NCBI GenBank assembly: GCA_913053845.1
Contig: CAJXGD010000003.1
Span: 16,820-80,819, forward strand
Origin: an uncultured bacterium
GTDB lineage: Bacteria; Bipolaricaulota; Bipolaricaulia; RBG-16-55-9; DRJF01
DNA length: 64,000 nucleotides
Direction: 5' to 3'
Part shown: positions 18,841 through 27,491 of the stretch, in pieces
Layout of the letters: each line of letters opens with the position of its first letter
Position numbering within the stretch: position 1 is the stretch's first letter
The notes under the pieces: model-generated
The model's database searches: none
Seen by the model: only the letters and a program-made list of their open reading frames with translations
What the model was told of the DNA's origin: nothing
Translations under genes and position numbers: made by a program

Positions 18841-20415
18841 TCAGTCTATTTGCTTAGCCCCGGCCATCAGCAGGCCGATCTCTTCCTTGTGGGCGGCGGC
18901 TGTCTCGATCAGTCCCACCAGTTGACCCTCAAAGAGCACCGCGATCCGGTCGCTCAGGGCGAAGACCTCCTCCAGGTCTTCGGAGACCAGCAGGATTGCC
19001 GTCCCCTCCTGGCGCAGGGTCAGAAAGAGATTCCAGGTGAGGGTGATCGCCCGCTCATCCAGCCCCTCGGTGGGGTGGACGGCGACCAACAGGCGTGGCC
19101 GCTGCCAGGTCTCCCGCGCCAGGATCAGCCGCTGGATGTTCCCTCCGGAGAGTATTCTCGTCTCGGTGTGCCAGAGGTCAGGCACCAGGGCGCCCAGCTC
19201 GCGGACTATCTGGCGCGTATGGCTGGTGATCTGCCCCAAATTCAGGACTCCATGCCGCGAGAAGGGCGAGAGGCGATAATCCTTGAGCACCACATTTTCC
19301 GCCACCACCATCGCCTCGACCACCCCGACCTCGCGGCGCTTCTCCGGGATATGCGCCACCCCCGCCTCGATGATCTTCCTTGAGGTACGATTGGTCATAT
19401 CTACTCCCCCAAGCAACACCTGACCCCCGGTCGCCCGCCGCAGGCCGGTGATCACCTCCACCAGCTCCGACTGGCCATTGCCGGCCACCCCGGCGATACC
19501 CAAGATCTCGCCCGCGCGCAGGTCGAATGAGATGCCCTTCAGGGCCGGCGTGCCCTCCGGTCCCAGGGCCTGCAAACCCTTGACCTGCAAGCTGAGCTGC
19601 TCGGAGCTCACCGGCTCACGCTCCAGTTGCAGCGGCTCTTGTTCACCGAAGATCAGTCGCGAGAGGGCTTCGCGGCTCGTCTGCGAGGTCGCCTGGGTAC
19701 CCATGGTCTTGCCCAGCTTGAGCACGGTAATCCGGTCGCTCACCTGGAAGACCTCCTCCATCTTGTGAGTAATAAAGACGATGCCCTTGCCCTCGGCGGC
19801 CATCTCACGCAGCACGGCAAAGAGCTGTTGGGCCTCCCCAGAGGTGAGCAGCGAGGTGGGTTCGTCCAACAGCAAGACCTGAGGATCGTGATATAAGACC
19901 TTGATCAACTCCACGCGCTGCTGCTCACCGGCGGAGAGATCCTTGACCCGCGCCCGCGGGTTCACCTGTAAGCGATACTTCTCCGCCAACTCCCGGACGC
20001 GCCGCTCTACCCGATGCAGGGGAAAGGTAAAATTGCCCGCCTTCAACCCCAGAGCCACGTTCTCGGCCACGGTCAAGGTCGGCACCAACATCAGCTCTTG
20101 ATGCACCATGCCGATCCCTTGGGCCAGCCCGTCGCGGGGTGAGCGCAGCGTCACCGGCTTGCCCCGCAGATAGATTTGGCCCTCGCTGAGCGAATAGAAG
20201 CCGGAGAGTATGTTGGCGATGACCGTCTTGCCGGCGCCGTTCTCCCCCAAGAGAGCGTGCACTTCGCCCGCGCGGACCTCGAAGTCAATGTGATCTAAGA
20301 TCAGATACTCCCAGACGCCGGGAAAGCCCTTGCAGATACCCTTGCATCTCAAGAGAATATCTTGCGCACTATCACCACCGGCCGCTTGATTCCCGATGTT
20401 TTCCCTCTCGCTCAT
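18841..20415 (-). CDS. ABC transporter ATP-binding protein with tandem NBDs (CUT2/BMP-type)
   Basis: Two Walker A motifs (GENGAGKT, GVAGNGQS), two signature motifs (LSAGEQQRV, LSGGNIQRL). 524 aa. 20 bp upstream of the BtpA gene. Confidence 0.85.
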   Translation of the reverse strand: MSERENIGNQAAGGDSAQDILLRCKGICKGFPGVWEYLILDHIDFEVRAGEVHALLGENGAGKTVIANILSGFYSLSEGQIYLRGKPVTLRSPRDGLAQGIGMVHQELMLVPTLTVAENVALGLKAGNFTFPLHRVERRVRELAEKYRLQVNPRARVKDLSAGEQQRVELIKVLYHDPQVLLLDEPTSLLTSGEAQQLFAVLREMAAEGKGIVFITHKMEEVFQVSDRITVLKLGKTMGTQATSQTSREALSRLIFGEQEPLQLEREPVSSEQLSLQVKGLQALGPEGTPALKGISFDLRAGEILGIAGVAGNGQSELVEVITGLRRATGGQVLLGGVDMTNRTSRKIIEAGVAHIPEKRREVGVVEAMVVAENVVLKDYRLSPFSRHGVLNLGQITSHTRQIVRELGALVPDLWHTETRILSGGNIQRLILARETWQRPRLLVAVHPTEGLDERAITLTWNLFLTLRQEGTAILLVSEDLEEVFALSDRIAVLFEGQLVGLIETAAAHKEEIGLLMAGAKQID

Positions 20416-20522
20416 AAGTTCCTCGGCGCCGTTCTTGAACTCGGGCGGAAGAAACTTTATAGTATGGGCAGCGATATTGCAAAGAATCTCAAGCTCACCG
20501 GCGCGATGATCGAGGCGATTCT

Positions 20523-21842
20523 ATGAGGCCGGTTGTAGAACTGATCCGGGCAAAACGCGATGGAGCAGAGCTCAGCTCCGCCGAGCTAGAAGCTCTGGTG
20601 CAGGGCTATGTGGCCGACCAGATTCCCGATTACCAGTTATCTGCCCTCTGCATGGCCATTTACTTTCAGGGCATGTCGGCTAAGGAGACGGCGGCGCTGA
20701 CCCAGACGATGGCCGACTCCGGCGAGCGGCTGGAACTAAAAAAAGCGGGAATCACGGAGTTTATCGCCGATAAGCATAGCACCGGCGGCGTGGGCGATAA
20801 GGTCTCGCTAGTTCTGGGGCCGCTGGTCGCTTCCGCCGGGCTCTGCCTGGCCAAGCTCTCCGGGCGCGGCCTGGGCCACACCGGCGGCACGATAGACAAG
20901 CTGGAGGCCATCCCAGGGCTCAAGACCGCGCTCAGCCGGGAGGAGTTCATCGCTCAGGCGCAGCGTGTGGGGCTGGTGGTCACCACCAGCAGCGCTGAGC
21001 TGGTGCCGGCCGACAAAAAGCTTTACGCCCTGCGCGACGTGACCGCCACGGTACAATCGCTGCCGCTGATCGTGAGCAGCATCCTGAGCAAGAAGCTGGT
21101 CATTGATTCCGATGGGATCGTTTTCGACGTCAAAGTTGGGGAGGGAGCGCTGATGCGCGAGCTGCCTGCTGCACTGGAGCTGGCCCAGGAGCTGGTAGCG
21201 ATCGGGCGGCAGTTGGGGCGCCGCTGCGGGGCGTTGATCTCCGATATGTCTCAGCCCTTGGGCTATGCAGTCGGCAATGGCTTGGAGGTTCGCGAGGCGC
21301 TGGAGACGCTGCGCGGCGGTGGGCCGGATGATCTGCGCCAGCTCTCGCTGGCCTTGGGCGGTGAGCTCCTACTGATGGCCGGGCGGGCCCAAACCCCGGA
21401 AGAAGCCAAAAACTTGCTGGCAGAGAAGCTCTCCACTGGCGAAGCTCTGGCGAAATTCAGCGCCATGGTCCAAGCTCAAGGGGGAGACGCTGGAGCACTG
21501 GAGCGGCCGGAGCGCCTGCCGCAAGCTGGCCAGATTATCACCGTGCGGGCCGAGCGTTCCGGCTATGTAACCGAGCTCAACGCGCGGGCCATCGGCGAGG
21601 CGGCCCACCGGTTGGGTGCCGGGCGCGAGGTCAAAGGCCAAGCGATTGATCCCGCCGCGGGGGTTCTGCTGCAGGCCAAAATCGGCGACCGGGTCAAGCG
21701 CGGTGGGCCCCTAGCTGAGCTACACCTCAATGATCCCGCTCGGGCTGCAGCAGCTCAGTCGCTGGTGCTCAAGGCCTTCAAGCTGAGCGCTGAGCCGGTC
21801 GCCGCGCCAGAGTTGATCCGACAGAGATTGGCCGGATACTGA
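20523..21842 (+). CDS. pdp: pyrimidine-nucleoside (thymidine) phosphorylase
   Basis: 'DKHSTGGVGDKVSLVLGPLVASAG...LSGRGLGHTGGTIDKLE', the hallmark phosphate/pyrimidine-binding motifs. Confidence 0.85.
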   Translation: MRPVVELIRAKRDGAELSSAELEALVQGYVADQIPDYQLSALCMAIYFQGMSAKETAALTQTMADSGERLELKKAGITEFIADKHSTGGVGDKVSLVLGPLVASAGLCLAKLSGRGLGHTGGTIDKLEAIPGLKTALSREEFIAQAQRVGLVVTTSSAELVPADKKLYALRDVTATVQSLPLIVSSILSKKLVIDSDGIVFDVKVGEGALMRELPAALELAQELVAIGRQLGRRCGALISDMSQPLGYAVGNGLEVREALETLRGGGPDDLRQLSLALGGELLLMAGRAQTPEEAKNLLAEKLSTGEALAKFSAMVQAQGGDAGALERPERLPQAGQIITVRAERSGYVTELNARAIGEAAHRLGAGREVKGQAIDPAAGVLLQAKIGDRVKRGGPLAELHLNDPARAAAAQSLVLKAFKLSAEPVAAPELIRQRLAGY

Positions 21843-21857
21843 CATCCTCATAAGGGG

Positions 21858-23873
21858 TCACGGTCCGTCGATCTGTGGGTTGAGCGAGGCGAAGAACCCA
21901 TCTGGATTGACGATCCCTGCCCAAACGGTCAGGCCATAGAGCGCCGGATGCCACAGGACCAGCGGCGAGCCCTTGGAGCTCTCTGCCGGGCATTGCGCGG
22001 CGTCGCTTTGGCTGGTTTCGCTCCCGTCGGCGAACTGACAGGCCGCCTTGCTCACCGGCCACTTGGTCGTCTCGAGGAGCGAGGCGTCCGGATCGGTGGA
22101 GATATAGCGCACCCCAGCGATGTACAGCTCACCGGAGCTGTCCTTCTCGTAGAGCAACACCTGCGGCCGACTGGCGTCGAGCGGTTTCTTGAGGAAGCCA
22201 GCATTGACGTAGCTTTGACCCACTTTGGCGATAACCGGCCCCATGGCTGCGTAGCCGGCGGCCTCGGCGTCCTTGGGGTCTTTGTACTGAGCCATGAACT
22301 GGGTGACCTGGTTGAGCTGCATACAGGTGGTGGCATCCTCCGGCGTCAGACGATACTGGGTACCCGGGATATAGATGTCGGCCGCGAAGCGGGCGCTGCA
22401 GTCGCGCGCCTCCTCATCGCTGAAGACGCCATCTCCGATGTAGAAGAGCAACCAATCAGGGAACTGGGGATTGGAGGTGAACATCGCGCTGGCCGCCGCA
22501 GCGGCCGGCAGACCGGTTATCACTGTCAGCGTAGTTTTCGCCTGGGCCGTCGCTCCCTTGTCATCGGTGACCTGCAGAACGATCGTCTGCGTTCCCTCGG
22601 AGTCGAAGGCGTGATAGGTGATCGGTTCGGTCGTCTCGGCGTCGAATTTACCATCGTTGTTCCAATCCCACTGGTACTTGACGATTGTTCCATCGGGATC
22701 GCTCGACCCACTGCCATCGCAAGTGACCGCTGCATCGAGCACTGGCTGTGCCGGAGTACACTTGAGCACGGCGATAGGTGGCTGGTTTACCCCTGTCGAT
22801 GGTGACTGCGAAGGCGGTTGCGAAGGTGGCTGTGATGGTGGTTGCGATGGCGGCTGTTGGGGCGGCTGTGGCACGTTAGGTCCCTGAGTCACATCTATCG
22901 TAGGCGCAGGCAGATCCTGGGTAATGACCATCCCTTGGGAATCGGTATAGCTGATCGTCGAGGGCGGCTGGTCGACCGGCAGCTTGGTGCCGGTCGATCC
23001 TGCGCTCAGCGTAAACGAACTGGTCCAGACCTCCCCTTGCATCAGAAAAGGAACTCTCCAAGTCAGGTTGGAAACCCCGAAGCCGGGGTTTACCTGCGGT
23101 GGGTTCTGGACCGCGCTCTCATAGCGCAGGTAGCTGGGCAGCGTCTTGCTGATGGTGATCAAGCTGGCGGCCACCTGATGGCCGTAGCGACCCAAGATGG
23201 CCTGCAGCGCCGCGTCGCTGAAGCTACTGAAGGCCATGGCACCCGTCTGGGTAGCGATCTGGCTCAGCAGCGCCTCGCGCATGTTGCTGGTTACCCCGAA
23301 GATGAAGATGGGAATCTGGGCCTCAGCGGCGCGCGTTGCCTGCACCCGCGGGTCCTGTCCCACGTTGGAGACCCCGTCGGTGGCCAGGATGATGATCTTG
23401 GTTGCCTCGGCCTGACCGTCCTTGGCCAGTTCGTCCAAGGCCGCAGCCAAGCCATCGCCCAGGGCCGTCTGATTGCCGGAGGTGAGCCCCTCAATCGCCT
23501 GAAGCGCCTTCTCTTTGTCGGAGGTCAGCGCCAAGTTCAGCACAGCCACGTCGGCGAAGGAGACTAAGCCAATCTGGTCTTGATCGCTCAAATGCCGCAC
23601 AAAAGCCTCGCCGATCACCTTGACCCGCTCCAGATTCTCACTGGCCGAGCGATCGAGCACCAGCAGCAGATCCAAGGGCTTGCCGCTGATAGGTGGAGCG
23701 GTCAGGCTCAGCTTCACGGTCGTCTGATCGGGCGAGCCGGTTCCCCGCACCATGATCTGGCCGGGGTCCAACGTCTCAGCCACTTTGATCGGCTGAGCTT
23801 GATCTTGGGCCGAGATCGTCAAGCCGGCGGTTAGCAGCAAGAGGCTCAGTAAGACGACAATTCTCCAACGCAT
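21858..23873 (-). CDS. secreted VWA-domain protein with PKD domain and a C-terminal domain of unknown function
   Basis: Signal peptide. VWA MIDAS motif ('DRSAS...T..G'), then a PPSQ linker, a PKD-like segment ('VTCDGSGSSDPDGTIVKYQWDWNNDGKFD') and a ~300-aa Cys/Trp-rich tail. Confidence 0.7.
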   Translation of the reverse strand: MRWRIVVLLSLLLLTAGLTISAQDQAQPIKVAETLDPGQIMVRGTGSPDQTTVKLSLTAPPISGKPLDLLLVLDRSASENLERVKVIGEAFVRHLSDQDQIGLVSFADVAVLNLALTSDKEKALQAIEGLTSGNQTALGDGLAAALDELAKDGQAEATKIIILATDGVSNVGQDPRVQATRAAEAQIPIFIFGVTSNMREALLSQIATQTGAMAFSSFSDAALQAILGRYGHQVAASLITISKTLPSYLRYESAVQNPPQVNPGFGVSNLTWRVPFLMQGEVWTSSFTLSAGSTGTKLPVDQPPSTISYTDSQGMVITQDLPAPTIDVTQGPNVPQPPQQPPSQPPSQPPSQPPSQSPSTGVNQPPIAVLKCTPAQPVLDAAVTCDGSGSSDPDGTIVKYQWDWNNDGKFDAETTEPITYHAFDSEGTQTIVLQVTDDKGATAQAKTTLTVITGLPAAAAASAMFTSNPQFPDWLLFYIGDGVFSDEEARDCSARFAADIYIPGTQYRLTPEDATTCMQLNQVTQFMAQYKDPKDAEAAGYAAMGPVIAKVGQSYVNAGFLKKPLDASRPQVLLYEKDSSGELYIAGVRYISTDPDASLLETTKWPVSKAACQFADGSETSQSDAAQCPAESSKGSPLVLWHPALYGLTVWAGIVNPDGFFASLNPQIDGP
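22803..22862. repeat. tandem 12-nt repeat (GGTGGCTGCGAA-like x5) encoding (PPSQ)n linker
   Basis: Seen in sequence. Encodes 'QPPSQPPSQPPSQPPSQ' in the VWA gene. Confidence 0.7.
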
Positions 23874-24016
23874 AGGTTATCTCTCCCCCTCTGGCCAGGC
23901 AAGCCACCAAGCTCACCGGCCGGGTGCATCAGTAACTCATCATACTGCTCGATGCTAACGCCGCGCCGGGGGAGGCACAAGTGCCGGTGACCGCTGCCGT
24001 CCCGACATAGGGCACC

Positions 24017-25306
24017 TCAGGCGCCGATCAGCAGCCAGTCCGGATCTTCGAGGAAGGCCTTGACCTCCTTGGCAAAGGCGGCGCCGACGTGGCCGTCTAT
24101 CAGCCGATGATCGAACGAAAGCGAGATGAACATGATCTGGCGGATGACGATCTGATCGTGGCGCACCACCGGGCGCTTGCTGATCTCATGGATGCCCAAG
24201 ATTGCCGACTCCGGTGAGTTGATGATCGGGGTAGCGAAGAGGCCACCCTGTGCGCCCAGACTGGTGATGGTAAAGGTGCCGCCCTGCAGCTCCTCCAGTG
24301 CGACCTTCCCCTCGCGGACCTTCTCCGAGAGCCGTTGGATCTCGGCCGCGATGGCCAGGATGCTCAGCCGGTCGGCGTTCTTGACCACTGGCACGATCAG
24401 CCCCTGCTCGGTCGCAGTGGCGATGCCGATGTGATAATAATGCTTAACGATGATCTCCTGGCGCTCATGGTCCAGCGAGGCGTTCAAGTACGGATGGCGC
24501 TTGAGTGCTCCCACCACCGCCTTGACGATGAAGGACAGGTAGGTCAGTTTGATGCCTTGGGCTTCGGCGACCGGCTTGAGCGCGGTGCGGGTCTTAACCA
24601 GCTCGGTCATGTCCACCTCGTCCACGAAAGTGAAATGGGCTGCTGTAGTCACCGCATGGATCATGTGGTCGGAGATCACCTTGCGGATGCCGCGCAGCGG
24701 CAGGCGCTCTTCCCGCGCTTCCGGCCGCGGTGCGGGCCCGTTAGCTGCCATTGGCCGAGTTACCACCGCTTCCGTCGGCCGGGTCAGCGGAGCCGGGCCG
24801 GCGGCGGCAAGGCTCTTGACGTCAGCATCGGTCACGCGGCCGTTGGGGCCAGAGCCGGACACTTGGGCGATTTCTACCCCCAGTTGGCGGGCCAACTTGC
24901 GGGTCGCCGGGGTGGCCAGCACCCGCGTGCGTTGGGACGGTGCGCTCACGGCTGGCCCAGCGCTAGGCGCGATCGCCGGTTCGACCGGCTGCGCCGGGCG
25001 CGCGGCCGCTTGGGCCTGAGACGTAGCCTGACGGCCATTGGCTTGGGGCGCTTCGCCAGCGGCGCCGATCACCACCAGCACCGAGCCGACCTCTGCCACC
25101 TCGCCCTCCTGGGCCTTGAGCTCCAGAATGGTCCCCGCCACCGGTGAGGGGATTTCCACCGTGGCCTTATCGGTCATCACTTCGACTAGCGGCTGGTCCT
25201 CCTCGACAGTTTGACCCACCTGGACCAGCCACTTGACGATCTCACCCTCATGGATTCCTTCGCCGACATCGGGCAGCTTGAACTCTGTTGCCATTTGAAC
25301 AATCAC
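24017..25306 (-). CDS. 2-oxoacid dehydrogenase E2 (dihydrolipoamide acyltransferase)
   Basis: N-terminal lipoyl domain ('EVMTDKATVEIPSP'), Ala/Pro linker, E3-binding region, C-terminal catalytic 'DHRLIDG'. Confidence 0.85.
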   Translation of the reverse strand: MIVQMATEFKLPDVGEGIHEGEIVKWLVQVGQTVEEDQPLVEVMTDKATVEIPSPVAGTILELKAQEGEVAEVGSVLVVIGAAGEAPQANGRQATSQAQAAARPAQPVEPAIAPSAGPAVSAPSQRTRVLATPATRKLARQLGVEIAQVSGSGPNGRVTDADVKSLAAAGPAPLTRPTEAVVTRPMAANGPAPRPEAREERLPLRGIRKVISDHMIHAVTTAAHFTFVDEVDMTELVKTRTALKPVAEAQGIKLTYLSFIVKAVVGALKRHPYLNASLDHERQEIIVKHYYHIGIATATEQGLIVPVVKNADRLSILAIAAEIQRLSEKVREGKVALEELQGGTFTITSLGAQGGLFATPIINSPESAILGIHEISKRPVVRHDQIVIRQIMFISLSFDHRLIDGHVGAAFAKEVKAFLEDPDWLLIGA

Positions 25307-25332
25307 TCCTTAGCTAAATATTACCGGCTCGC

Positions 25333-26307
25333 TCAAAAGTTGATCACCCGCTCGATCGCCGCGCCGATGCGCCCGGCGTCCGGCAGATAGAGCTCTTCCA
25401 ACGTATAGGGAAAGGGCGTATCGAAGCCGGCCACGCGCACGATGGGCGCCCGCAGGTATTCCAGGGCTTCTTCTGCCAGGGTAGCGGCGATCTCCGCCCC
25501 GTAGCCGCCGGTCTTGGGCGCCTCTTGCACGATGATTGCCCTCCCGGTCTTGGCGACCGAGTTCACTATCGCCTCGTGGTCGAAGGGCAGCAGGGTGCGC
25601 AGGTCAATCACCTCGGCGCTGATGCCCTGAGCCTGCGCCTGTTCGGCAGCCTGCAGCGTTTCCTGGAGCATCGCCCCATAGGCGAAGAGCGAGACATCGC
25701 TTCCCTCTCGAACTATCCGCGCCTGACCCAACGGTATAGTGTAATCACCCTCGGGGACCTCCTCGCGGATGGCGCGATAGATCCGCTTGGGTTCGAAGAA
25801 GAGCACCGGGTCTTCGGAGCGAATGGCCGAGATCAAGAGCCCTTTGGCATCTGCCGGGCTCGAAGGCACCACGACTTGAAGACCTGGCGTATGCACGAAG
25901 TAGGCCTCGGCGCTCTGCGAATGATAACCGCCGCCCTTGATGCCGCCGCCATAGGGGGCGCGAATCACCAGCGGACAGGAATATTGGCCCCCGGAGCGAT
26001 AGCGAAATTTGGCCAACTCACTGACGATCTGATCATAGGCCGGATAGATGAAATCCTGAAACTGGATCTCCGGGACGGGCCGCAGGCCGTAGAGCGCCAT
26101 GCCGATGGCCGTTCCGACGATGCCCGCCTCTGCCAGCGGCGTGTCGATCACTCGCTCGGGGCCGAACTCCTCCTGGAGCCCTTCGGTGACCCGAAAGACG
26201 CCGCCGAACAGGCCAATATCCTCGCCCAGTAGGACCACCCGCTCATCGCGGCGCATCTCGGTGCGCAGGGCATCGCCCAGCGCCTGCACCAGCGTTAGTT
26301 TAGCCAT
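25333..26307 (-). CDS. 2-oxoacid dehydrogenase E1 component beta subunit
   Basis: 'MAKLTLVQALGDALRTEM...VVLLGEDIG..GGVFRVTEGL' is transketolase-like E1beta. Start chosen at the ATG at 26307; the longest ORF extends to 26466 and overlaps the upstream gene. Confidence 0.85.
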   Translation of the reverse strand: MAKLTLVQALGDALRTEMRRDERVVLLGEDIGLFGGVFRVTEGLQEEFGPERVIDTPLAEAGIVGTAIGMALYGLRPVPEIQFQDFIYPAYDQIVSELAKFRYRSGGQYSCPLVIRAPYGGGIKGGGYHSQSAEAYFVHTPGLQVVVPSSPADAKGLLISAIRSEDPVLFFEPKRIYRAIREEVPEGDYTIPLGQARIVREGSDVSLFAYGAMLQETLQAAEQAQAQGISAEVIDLRTLLPFDHEAIVNSVAKTGRAIIVQEAPKTGGYGAEIAATLAEEALEYLRAPIVRVAGFDTPFPYTLEELYLPDAGRIGAAIERVINF

Positions 26308-26333
26308 GATAACTGTTGAGGTGCCCCCACAGA

Positions 26334-26792
26334 TCAGTGGCGGTCTTCCTGGTCCCCCAGCAGCGTCTGCAGGTAGCAGAGCTGGCCCCAGTGATAGGCG
26401 ATATGGGCGGAGGGGGCGCTCAGCACGCGGGTCATCTTCCAGCGTTCGCCCCAGGGCATCTGGCATTCCTGCGTGAATCTTTCCTCGGGTAGTATCCGCA
26501 TGGCCTGCGCCAGGGTCTGAGCACTGGTCTGAAAGGTCTGCAGGGCCTCCTGATAGCTACGCGCCTCGGCCTTGATCTGCTGAGGCGGCTCGCCGGGCAG
26601 CTCGGTCTCCCCTTGGATCAATCGAGCGAAGGCCAAGTTGGCCCCGGCGGTATGGGCCAGGAGCTCCTGGGGGGATCTCCCCAGCCCCTCCGGCCTCCAT
26701 GCGGTACGCTCCGCCGGGATGTGGGCGGCCGCCTTGAGCATCAGCTCGCTCAGCGCCTCGATGCGCCCGCTCTCCAGTTTTCTTAGGTCCAT
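26334..26792 (-). CDS. DinB/YfiT-like (DinB_2) metal-dependent four-helix-bundle protein
   Basis: '…LLAHTAGANLAF…HIAYHWGQL' matches the DinB_2 family. RBS AAGGAGG before the ATG at 26792. Confidence 0.55.
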   Translation of the reverse strand: MDLRKLESGRIEALSELMLKAAAHIPAERTAWRPEGLGRSPQELLAHTAGANLAFARLIQGETELPGEPPQQIKAEARSYQEALQTFQTSAQTLAQAMRILPEERFTQECQMPWGERWKMTRVLSAPSAHIAYHWGQLCYLQTLLGDQEDRH

Positions 26793-26892
26793 AATAGCCT
26801 CCTTGCGATAGATAGCCAGGGCCAATGCCGTGCCCCTGCCGAGGGTATACCTTTGACAAGAGAGGTGCAACCGCCTACACTAGCACGTCATC

Positions 26893-27456
26893 ATGCCAGT
26901 GCGCAGGCTGCTGCCGAATTTGCCCAATCTGATCACGCTGACTCGCATCGCCATCATTCCGGTCTTCCTCCTTTTCCTGTTGACCCCACTGCCAGCCGGA
27001 GGGTTGATCGCGCTGATCCTCTTCGCCCTGGCGGCCCTCTCCGACGCCATTGACGGCTGGGTAGCCCGCAGTTGGGAGCAGGTCACCGATTTCGGCAAGT
27101 TCGCTGACCCCTTGGCCGACAAACTGTTGGTAATGGCGGCACTGATCGTCTTCGTAGCCCGTGGTCAGATCGGGGTCATTCCGGTAATCATCATCCTTAG
27201 CCGCGAATTTCTAGTGATGGGCCTGCGTATCCTGGCCATGACCCATGCTCTGTCCATACCGGCCAGCCCGCTGGCCAAGCTCAAGACGGTCTCCCATATC
27301 GGCCTGGCGGTGATCCTGATCGGCGAGGGGGCCTGGGTCTGGCCTGCCTGGGGCGAGGTATTAAGGCTGGTCTTTGTCTATCTGGCCGTCGCGCTGGCGC
27401 TGCTCTCCGCCGGGGAGTATTTCTACCGCAGCCGCCACCTCTTCCACGAACTGTGA
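26893..27456 (+). CDS. pgsA: CDP-diacylglycerol--glycerol-3-phosphate 3-phosphatidyltransferase-like (CDP-alcohol phosphatidyltransferase)
   Basis: 'DAIDGWVAR...FGKFADPLADKLLV' is the CDP-OH phosphatidyltransferase motif D-G-x2-A-R...G-x3-D-x3-D. Confidence 0.8.
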   Translation: MPVRRLLPNLPNLITLTRIAIIPVFLLFLLTPLPAGGLIALILFALAALSDAIDGWVARSWEQVTDFGKFADPLADKLLVMAALIVFVARGQIGVIPVIIILSREFLVMGLRILAMTHALSIPASPLAKLKTVSHIGLAVILIGEGAWVWPAWGEVLRLVFVYLAVALALLSAGEYFYRSRHLFHEL

Positions 27457-27491
27457 AGAGAATCGAGTAATTCTCCAATCTTTCCGCCCAC

